A stretch of DNA of 64,000 bases from the NCBI GenBank assembly GCA_051294375.1, contig CM119263.1, positions 15,664,532 through 15,728,531 on the forward strand, written 5' to 3'. The notes beneath the pieces were generated by a model. It was not told where the DNA came from. It did not search any database and saw nothing but the letters and a program-made list of their open reading frames with translations. Positions 14,327 through 32,800 of this stretch are shown here, piece after piece (positions within the stretch are counted from its first letter, which is position 1; each line of letters opens with the position of its first letter). Both the position numbers and the translations under genes were made by a program. Origin of the DNA: Paraspadella gotoi. Lineage: Eukaryota; Animalia; Chaetognatha.

Positions 14327-15816
14327 CGTTTCTATCTAGTCTCTATTACTTTCAAATATATTAATTTTGAAATAAAAGCAAATATGCCACAAAAAAAAAA
14401 CAAAACAAAAAAAACACAGAAATCTTCTGAAAGCATTTTAAAGTTTAGCAACAGTTATAAATAGAAATTACATAACATTAAAAATCGATTTAAAATTTTT
14501 TTTTTTCAATATTTACTATTTTAAACGAAATATATGGACGTAGCAAAAATATCTTTTAGTTTCTCCGCAGCCCCCGAGACTTTTATCTAAAAAAAAAAAA
14601 ACTATTCTGTAACGACTTGGGATATTTGGGCCAAGGGGTCCTTGGGTGCTTGGTGCTTGATAGCCATACGAGCTTGGGGCAGAATGGGTCTCGTGTGATT
14701 GGGCCGATGGGGCTCTGGGGTAGAGGCGAGAATTTACGAGCATTTTCTTTTTACCTCGTGAATCGTCGAGATAAAAGATAAGAGCTAAAAAAAGGGAATG
14801 TTTTGCCTCTTCGTCGTTTAATCATTATATCTTAAAGCAAAAAGAAAGAAAAACATTATATTAGTGGGGGCAGAAATACAAATGAATCGCTCTCCGTGTT
14901 TTGGAAAGAAGTGCTGTAACAGATTTTTGTTTTTAAACAAGCTTGCTGATCTTCTATTTTGAAGTTTTCAATAAATAAAATAATTAGAGATGAAAGGTAA
15001 AAAGTTTAACAAATTTGAAAAATATATTTTTTCTTCTGTGGTAAACTTAAGAAATAAAGTAGTGATCAAGGTTTCTTAAAAAACTACTAGCGATTTAAAA
15101 AAAATTTTTAAAAACAAAACAAAACAAAACAAATAAAAAATAAATTGAAACGATCCTGCATGTATGTAGATGCAATGGATAAAGAGTCCGCACTATAATC
15201 GTCTCATTGTAACCAACTTTATCGTCCCAGAATTCGAATTAACCATTCTAAATAACGAGAACGAGAAAAATAAAAAAAATGGGAAAAAAACCCAAAAATC
15301 CTCGGCTCTTCTGCAATTTTGAGTTGAGATAAATGTTTCGGAATTCGGAAATACTTTTTTTTTCGTCGTTCTGATGTTTCGCGTCGACGCAAAAGTTCGT
15401 TCATCTTTTTTTAATTTTTTATTTTTTTTTTTTTTCAGAAACGATCAAAACATCTCGGATTGTTTATCGCGGGGGCAGTACGAACATGCAGTCTTGAATA
15501 AAGCAGATCATTTTCAGATTTATGCAACTCCAGTCGCGCCACTTGAACAAAACTAGTTCACAGAAACTGCATGGTCTTAACTCTTAAGCTTTAAATATGC
15601 AAATCCTTGATTACATACCTGCCAAGTTGAAGAGAAAATGTACTATTCGGTTTGTTTCAAAAATATTAAACCAATAAATTTCAATACTAATTCGTAATTA
15701 TTCTCTCCTGATTCCCCAGCTGTGGGCCAACTTCGCTCACTTTAACCTTCACTTTTACGTCTTACCTTTTGTGAACAAATTAGCCTTATTTAATAAAAAA
15801 ATTTATTTTTTATGGC

Positions 15817-15912
<96 letters not shown>

Positions 15913-16240
15913 TTGAAGCACCGAAAAAACTTCCCGGCTAAAGAGTTAATAATCCCGCTGAGTTAGCTGCGGGAGCCCGGTCCGTATGGGGGGAGGGGGC
16001 AAGAGAGTTCGGCCCGGGTTCAACGATGTGGTCACTTGATCCGCCCAAGTGAAAGTTAGGTTGTCCGTCAGTCAGTCGTTTGGACTGGCGATGCGTGCGC
16101 GTCGGCCGGGTTTTCGGTCCTCACGTCCGGTTATTGACCGTAATTTCCCCGCCAATTCGTAACGAGGGCTGTTACCAGCACAGGGTCGTCATTTCCAGCG
16201 AATCGCGAACCACGCCCCCTTGTTAAACTCGACCTCGCCG
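15817..16240 (-). mobile_element. SINE-like or LINE 3'-end-like retroposon with (AAT)n tail
   Basis: About 330-bp GC-rich, hairpin-rich block abutting an (ATT)n run of about 30 units (15817-15910), which is a 3' (AAT)n tail on the minus strand. Confidence 0.5.
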
Positions 16241-16497
16241 TTTCTACAATCTTTTCTTCCCCTAATTTATTCTTACTTTAATTGTATCACTTGGACGAAT
16301 CATCGGAGAGATATTTGTCAATCCGTACGTGAGGCCCAAAGTCTCAACTCAGCGTATGGTCTTGGAATATTTTATTCTTCTTCCTTGTGTGTGATTTATC
16401 GAAGTGAAATTGAGAATTTCGTGCCGTTAGTTAAAACAAGCAAAAATAAGTGGCAAAAGGCGCAGCATTTTAATTGAAATTCCGTATCAAGATATCG

Positions 16498-16572
<75 letters not shown>

Positions 16573-17135
16573 CTCTCTCTTCTCTCTCTCATCTACCCCC
16601 TCTTCGACCCTCTTCTCAGCGACGACTCGCACTCACTCCCCTTGACCACTCCCTCTCAAGATGACACTTTCACTGCTGTCTAATCCCTGCTTTTTTCGAT
16701 CACCCACCCCCCGCTTAACGACCACCTCACTTCGATCACCCACTAAAAGTATATCACCTCCCTCCGTCTAATCCTTCTCTTCTCGCATCTTTCTATTCCC
16801 ACAACTCTCCCTCCTTCTGTTTTTTCGCATCTTTCTTTTTTTTCTTCTTTCGTCTTTCTATTCCCCCTCTTCCCCCTTCTCACCTCGGTCTCCCCGGTCT
16901 CCTTTCCTTTTATATCTACACCCCCCCTCACCCCTTTTTCGCCCCCCTTTCGACATCGTCGATCCGCGAACCCTTTCCAACTTTTCGCCGACTTCTTCGA
17001 ACTTCTTCTTCCCCCTCTCCTCCTCGCTCCCCCTTCTTCCTCCTCCTCTTCCTCCTCCTCCCCTCTTCCTCGGCGAGCATTAACAAGGGCCGAATATCCA
17101 GAATCCAAATATCCTTCCTCCAAGCACAACGCAGG

Positions 17136-17228
<93 letters not shown>

Positions 17229-17277
17229 CGCTGTAAAAAAGTATTTTCCTCTTTTTCTTTTGCGGTAAAATTTCTTT

Positions 17278-17325
<48 letters not shown>

Positions 17326-18648
17326 TCTCTTTTCTCTCTCTCTCTCTTCGTCTCTCCCTCTCTCTCTTCTCTCTCTCTCTCTCTCACTGCTGCCGATCCC
17401 TTCAAAACAAGTTAAGGAGCTGAACTTCAAATTCAAACAAAATTAGAACGATAGAGAGGAAATAAAAGAAAAATAGAGATTAACTTCTCTTTTTCATTTA
17501 AAAAAAAAAATTTCATTTACGTATTCATGTTTCTTTTCGTTTCTTTTCCTCTTTCGTTCACTTTCATTGTCAAACTCACCCACTCGCTCGACCGGTGACT
17601 TTCTACGACTTTTGAAGGCGATTATATTTTTTCAATGACAAAAATATGTCCCACTCATGAAATTATGGAAACAACAACAACCAAAAAAAATAATAATGAT
17701 GACGTTATGAAAAACGCGATAATGCAGACATACTTATTCTATTTTATTTACGCGAAATGATAACCTTGGACTTCGTTGAAAAAGCCTTACATAAAATCTC
17801 CGAGCTTTTTGAATTTTTTCTGCATTTTTAGTATTTTATAATACCCGTTGAAGATTTTTTTTCACATAATATCGTTAATAATAATCGCACGTTTTTTTGG
17901 GGGACAAACGGTATTTATTAATGACATTTTCGACGCCTCATGTTTCATATTCGTCCAACAAAAATTAATCACCTATCAAACTTTAACCAGAAAACTCCTG
18001 TTTTAAAATTTGATTTTTTTTTCCCGCGAACGATCGTATTCCTTGTATGTTTCGAATTCTCGTGCCCCTCATTGTTTGTTGGGTACGCTTTGCGGGGGTG
18101 TTTATTTGGCCATGGTTTTAGCGGGGTGTCGGGGTGCGCCCGTCTATGGAAGGGTGACAGTTTATTAATCATCCATCACGCGGGCGAGAGCGTACGACAG
18201 ATATGACGCGACTTTTTCGATAACTTTTTATTTTTACTTACAGGAGTGGGGAATTCTACATATTTGTCTACGGAATCCAACTTTGTAACCTAAACGACAT
18301 TTTTTTTACTTTCGTCAGAAGATCGAATTCGCGTCGGTGAAATAGCGGTCGGATTCGAGAGTCGAAGGCAAAGCAAGCATATCGAAAGAGACCAAGCGAT
18401 CAAGCGTAGCAAGCATCACGATTCCGAAAGACGCGATCTGCGACGGAATCTCGTCGAGACAAAATCGCACAAGATCGTCTGAAAAGGAAACAGCAAAAAT
18501 CGTGAAGAAAAAGTTAAAGAAGTGAATAAAGACTCGAGGGGAAAAAAACGGCGAGAAAAAAGTTAAAAACTCAGTTTCAAAAGAAAAAAAAAGGAAAAAA
18601 AATCGGTGGCCGGATTTTCTCGATCGAATCTCGAAAAATTGCGAATAG

Positions 18649-18683
<35 letters not shown>

Positions 18684-19385
18684 TCTCAAAATATTTGTTT
18701 TATTTCGTTGGACTCTTTATGCCGAAATTTTAGAGATAAGGGAAAAAGAATTGAAAATATTTCGACGGAAGTACAAAGAAAAAACTTTCGACTCGAATTT
18801 TTCTCGAGAACAAACAATATAGATTTACGGATATATACGTATATCAAACATATTACTTTGGGAGGGATCCGAAGCGAGATTTAAAAATTACGCACTATCG
18901 GCGAATTAAAAAAACACAAATAAAACTAAAAAGTTGAAACAAGACACTCACGCGAACCCAGTGCTCAAGGGAAAACAAAGGATCTTCACCTGAAAACAGA
19001 GAGAGAGAGATAAAAAAAAACTTTTTCCCTCATTATAAAAAAATGTGAAAAATGTTTTTGCCCTCCCTTCCCTCACATTCTATCTTCTCGAAATCGCAAA
19101 AAGAAAAAGAGTAAGGAGCGAAAAGAAAAGTGAAAATTTTCAAACAACAAAGTTTTTAGTGAATATTTTTTTAATGAGAGAGAAAAAAAAATTGTTGGAT
19201 GATCATCCTTGCCGAAGAACTTTGAGTGCCAAAAAACAAAACGAGCGAGAGAGGGAGAAATCGGAAGGGAGAGAAGAGAGAGAGCGAGAGAGAGAGAGAG
19301 ATTAAGAAAGAATAAAGCTTTAAAATTAAACGAAAAAACAACGAAATCAAAACAAAACCAAAAAGAAAAAAAAAAAAAAACCCGA

Positions 19386-26386
<7,001 letters not shown>

Positions 26387-26828
26387 AACTTTTTTTCATT
26401 TTAATTATTAATATTATTATTACTGTTTTTCATATATGTTTCAAGGCTCCGCCTTCAATGGTTTCCTTTTCACCGCGTTTTTTTTTATGCGTGTCTATTG
26501 TCTAATGCTTTCCACATTAACTCATTCCATACAATATTATGCATAGAACCCGAAGGCGACCCCAAGCTGTTTTTTTTTCACGAATTTATTTTTTGATGAA
26601 CACTCACGAAAAAAATTGTTATGACGTACTTAACTCGGAGAGCTAAGGAGACAGCGGGCTATATTTGTCAAATTGTGCGTTTTTATTCTAAAAAGAATTT
26701 ATGAACAGGTCCTATTTAATTTTTCAACATAGTGGAAACTGTCCACCGCGTTTATGAATAGTTTTTTATCGTTTTTTTAACATAGTTGTTTACATGACAT
26801 CTGACATCAGAGGAGAGAGAGAGGGAGT

Positions 26829-26909
<81 letters not shown>

Positions 26910-27059
26910 AGAGAAGGCCAAAACAATTTATCGTTGGCGAGAAATACATTGATAATTATAACTATGATTTGCGCCCAAAACCATCATTTTCGCTCTCCCC
27001 CCTATTATTAGACGCCGTGAGAGAGAGGAGAGAGAGAGAGAGGGGAGAAGGAGAGAGAA

Positions 27060-27114
<55 letters not shown>

Positions 27115-29811
27115 TTCCAAAACTGCCAGAATTTTTTTTTCTTTTTTCGTTCTAAATACGGATTATTACTCGTAGAGAAGGCGAAAAATAACAATTAAAC
27201 CAATTAAAGCCATCTGTGATTTTTCTGGCAGCGTTGGAAAGTGAGTGAGGAATGTGAGAGAATGAGAATTAAACGCGGGCAGGATTTTTTTACATTCTGC
27301 CCAAACTAAAAAACAAAACCACATTTGTATCTATTCTCGTGTTTTTTAAATATGTTTGGTTGTTATCATAACTATTTTACGCATGATTGCTCCTTTGTGA
27401 CACATGCCATCCAATCACAATAAAATTTGAAATATACGAATTGAAACGCCGCTTTTTTTCCCGCTCGTTAAGATTGTATACTTTGGCGTAATGGGATAAT
27501 AATTACAGAGGAAAGGCGTGAAACAAAACGGGGTGACAATTTGAGTGGAATTTTGAGTTTTGATATCCGCAGAAATGCTTTATTTATTCAAAACGACCTA
27601 GTCCCAGATCGCAAGACCCCGATTATTGAGACTATGTTCTAAAGACTATTTCATAAATAAGAATAGCTTCCGAAAAAAAGGATGAAAATATTTAGTAACA
27701 AAAAAGGATTTTAAATTTAATGAGAACATTAAAATTTTAAAGAATAATTAATAATTAATGCATTAACAATTGCCCCGAAAAATATACTTTTGTCAGCATT
27801 TACAGGTTTTTTCTCATTTCCAAACTCGTAAAAAGCAGGAAATTTAGAAAAAAAATTCTACATTTTTTTGTTGTTTCTCGAATATCGAGACAAAGAATCT
27901 CTCTTTTTCTTTTTCTCCCAACTTAACATCCCCCCCTCCGTTTTCGATTTCACTTGGGGTCCGATAATTGTCGAATAGGAGTCAGTAAATTAAAAAAAAG
28001 TATTTTTTTCCTCCTTCAAAAGAAAAACGAAAATAGGTGGATGCGAACGGGGGCGAAATCGCGAAAAGGGAAATTGCCTCCTTCAGAAGTGAAATTGTTT
28101 TTACGTTTTTAAAGTTTGTAATAAGAGCACGAACAATTAAAACCAAGAAACACCAGGGTGGAATTTCCCGAACTTTGTTCCAACTTAAATCAAAAGAAAC
28201 TAGGTCGGACTGAGTCTTGAAAGGACGCAAAAATTATAATGCGACGAAGAAATAATTAGAAACTATTTTATAAAAGGATAGATTTAAAAAAATTAATATC
28301 CATCACTGATGGATAAAAAGACCTGACCGAATGACTTTTTAAAAACTATTAAAGTTTCACGGACGATAGTAGTTTTTTTGAGAGGTTAGACGAAAAATAG
28401 GGAAGGAAAAGTGGAAAACGAGGGTCTGTTATCTTCAAGTGGTAAACATTGGCGATCGCGAAAATTCCTGAAGAACGAGTCATTCTCGATCCAGTCCGCT
28501 TCTCTTTATCACTTCATCAATAACCTTAAAACCTCAGAGGCTGCAAACTTTGTCAATTGTTTCTTTACCGAGATTTTTTTTTTAAATTATCGTGTTAATT
28601 TCCAGTATTAATGGTTTAACATGTATGTATTAAGATTCTGGGATTTTGTTAACATTTCTTCATTAAAAAAAAAACTAATCAGAAGCGAATCAATTCTCAT
28701 TACAACTCAACACAAATCAGATGCAGAAATGATCATTTTTTTCCTTCCCTTATGAAACGGTTTTGATGTTCTCGAAATAAAATAAAAAATAGTTTGAAAT
28801 TCTTCACATAGCTAAACGATTACGTGCGAAGCAAAAAAAACCTCTTAAATTCTACTTCAATTAAAGCAAGGACTGGAAAAAAAAATGAAGACAACCCCCT
28901 CGGCAGATTACCGAGTTTCTTTTAATTCTGTAGATATTCTTTAGGCAAACGCAGATACATAAAAAACGAAATAGCCCTTATAAGGCAAAATATTAATTAG
29001 AAAGGAAAAAAAAATCAATATTTTTATTTCTGTGTTCTGTCCAGTTTTCCTCTTACCTCACCCTCATTCCTCCTTCCCTCCCTCCCTCTCTCAGTTTCTC
29101 TCTTCTTTTACTTCTTGTAGTTTTAAGTTTTTGATTATTTTCCATTTTTGTTTTGTTGCTATCTCTATACTGGTGATGGCATAAAAAAATATGCTGAAAT
29201 ATCTTACAAAATGGTTTTTGATTTAACAACTGATTTAATGAATTACTTTCTAATTTTAAAAATATAATTTGTACCTGTTTAAACTGAATTTACTAAATTC
29301 AACTTACTAAATTCTCATTAATTTTAATGTGCTTTGTTTTAGTCTTTTTTATATATTGTATTTTGAATATTTTTTCTAGCTGCAAGTACTTTACCTAGTT
29401 CTTATCGTTCGTTGTATATTGCGTTTAGTAAATCGTTAATAGTTTCCTTTAAGAAGTGCTAAAAAATTTCATTCAAACTCTATTGCATGCTTGGACTACT
29501 TAATTACTTGCCCTGCATTGAAAAATATATTTTCTATTTGAATCGAAATACCATCAAAAATATACAAAATAAATAAATTGCACGTTTACAACCGACTAAG
29601 AATTGGCTACCTGTGCTTTAATTAGATTTCCCTTCAACTCTATCTTTTTAGTTTGGAAAGCGGCTTATGAAAGTACCTATTTTTTTGGCTCTATAAAGAA
29701 ACAAAACTCATAAAGATATTAACTTGTAAAAAAATAATAAGATATACTTAATATAATCATCGCGTTAAAGAATCAGAAAGAAAAGCATAAAATTAAACAA
29801 TGGCTAAAAGA

Positions 29812-32800
29812 CTACAAGAAACGAAAATGAGACCCAAGTTGATGTCGCAATTGATGCAAGATCATTTCATCTTCTTTTAGACAAATGCCACAAAATTGAC
29901 AAAAAGATTCAGAACATCCACTTGGGATTTGTAATGCTGAAGGGTTGTTTTCGAATTCAACCACATTGTCTTCATCGATAAAAACAAGTTCCAAATCTTT
30001 AGAATTTACAGGCCAAGATTTATCTGAATGAATATCAAAGGATTCAACTTTATTTCCCAAATATTGATGAAATTCTGCAAGACGAAGATGGACCCCCAAA
30101 TGACCATCAATACTATTGTCTGATGAAAATGTACAGAGAGGACATTGGTATTGTTTTTCTTGTCTTGCAGTACCAGAGGTCACTCCATGATTTTTTTCAT
30201 GGCTTGTTTTTTCACTATTACTATAGCACAAAAATGGACAAAATCGACAAAGCATCGCTTTGGACAGCGATTTTGATGGTAAATAATCTCCACTTTTTTT
30301 AAGAAGATCTTCCACAATCCTTTTAGCTTCAGTAATTTCTTGGTGCTGTTCTTGAGATGGAAAATTGAAAGTACTTGGAATATTATGTAAAACTAAACCA
30401 TTACTATCTTGTATATTGAATGACTTCTCATTCCAAGAGAGTACCTTCTGTTTTTGTAATGCGGCTTGTTCCTCATTAGATTTTGATATTAATGGGCGCA
30501 TATCTTGAAGCAATAATATTGAAGCTTCAGATCCTGACATCTCAGAGGAATCCGGGGTTAACGGTAGAAAAGTTGTATCTGGTTTAATATCCTGATTGCT
30601 GATATCATAATCCGATAAATTATGGTGACTTTTTAAATGATCTATTAAGTTATGTGGCTTACGAACGTAGTATGAACAAAATGTGCAGTGATAGCCAGGA
30701 GTATTTATGGATGATTTATTGTGGTTTTTTACATGTTTAAAGAAATTGGTTTTATAGTCAGTCGAAAATAAACACTCTTTACAGTTATAACGTTTATTTT
30801 TAGGAAGACTAATGTTTCCAATCGAAGCTGAAGGAAAATTATTAGCTAATGGAAGTGAATCATAAATTCCCGATAATTTATCATTCCCAGTCGTATTTGA
30901 TTCTGAATTAAACTCATATTCTGAGGATTTTCTCAAAATCTTTTTTGATTTATGGGAAGTTTCTTGGTGGGAAATAACAAACGAATTTTGTTTAGAACTA
31001 TAATCACAATAACAGCATAGGTATTTAAGATTAGATCCATGCCTTTTTAAATGTTGAATAAGATTATATTTTCTTGGCGCCGAAAAGTCGCATTTATTGC
31101 AAAGAAATTTCCCTCCTTTTTTCAAAATTTCAGGATGCTTGTGATGATGTTTCAGATGAAAATTTAAAGTATTTAACATTTTGCAAGAGTAATCACAAAT
31201 GTTGCAATCAAGTACGTTTTTTCGTATATGACAAAGATTATGCTTTCTTTGAGCTTGCAAATTTTTTGTTATATAGTCACATTTAACACAAGAAAATACA
31301 CTTTTCTTCCGCTTATAGAGGGATTGAAAATTGACTTTAGGAGGTGAGGCAATCAAAATTCCTCCAGTCAAATCATTTTTAATTGGATTTTTTATTTTTA
31401 CTTGGCTAAGTTTGTTTTCTAAAATTTTAGGGCCTTCCATATTTTTAAACAAGCTTTGATCATGGTGGCATCGCTGATGTGCATCAATGGTTTTCTTTTT
31501 AGGTGCAGAATAACTGCACAAACAACATTTATATGCAGATATAAGAGTATGTCGACTTTGATGATTTTTAATATAGGCTTTAAAAGGAGATGAAAATCTA
31601 CATTCACTACACAGCCATTTAAAGCCTTTCTGAACTCTTAGTTTTGGAGGATATTTAATCTGCTGTTTTTTTCTTTTAGAATCGTTGATTTTATAATCAT
31701 GATAATTAGTCATGTGCCTTAGTATGAGATAATTAATATTTGAAGAATATGAACAAAATTTGCACTGATGCTTAAATTCTCCTGGCTTATTACGATGCAT
31801 AGCTATATGATTATTGTAACGTAAACTTTTCTGTGTAGAGAAATTACAGTATTGACATTTGTATTTATAAACTTTAATTTTTGCCAAACCCTCCTTTTTT
31901 TCATTTTTTATACTTTTATTCTTCATTTGATCATATTTTGTTTTAGCTTTACTTAACTCCAAATTTCCATTTTTGTCATCATGAAATTTATCAAACATTA
32001 TCGTTGAATCCTCTGCAGAAAAAGAGCGAATTGGGCAATTGTTGTTTGCTTTTGCAACAAAATGATTTTTCATATGCTGGTCAAAGTTAATGTTTTCATT
32101 GCATGAAAAGTCGCAGTATAAGCACACAAATTCTTGCTTAACTTTTAGAGGGACATCCATATTTTGATTTAATTTTTCACCGTTGTGGAACAAATTTCTT
32201 TCTAGCTTAGTTTTATCAGAAAATCCTTCTTTAGGCTCCTGTTGTTTACCCATATCTCTGATGCTATAAAAATATCTGTTTCCAGGGTGATGATGATGAA
32301 TACAGTGCAATTCAATTAAATTTTTTGTATCACAAGAAAAAGAACAAATTCGACATTTGAATTCTGAGCCCAAAGGATTTTTTCCATGGTGAATCTTGTG
32401 CCGTCTTAACTCTTGTTCAATAACACTACTAAATTCACATTCAATACATTTATGTAATTTTATGGGACTTTTTGACTCAGATTTACAGAGATCGGTAGTT
32501 TGGGATCTTTGTAATTCTTGCTGTCGTTTGTCTAAAATACAAAGTTGTTCATGCAATTTCATTTGCTTTTGAGACTGTTTTAAATTTTTTTTTATTGAAT
32601 TTTTTTTAATAATGACTGTATTTTTTTCATTTTTAGTGTGATGGTTTTCCTCATGCTCTAAAGTCATAAAATATTTTTCTGCGCTATAATTGCATATGCT
32701 GCATTTATATGAGGATGTTTGACTATGGAATCGATCATGGACGTCTAACTCAGAAGGTGATTTAGCTTTGAATTTACATATTTGGCATGATAACGTTATG

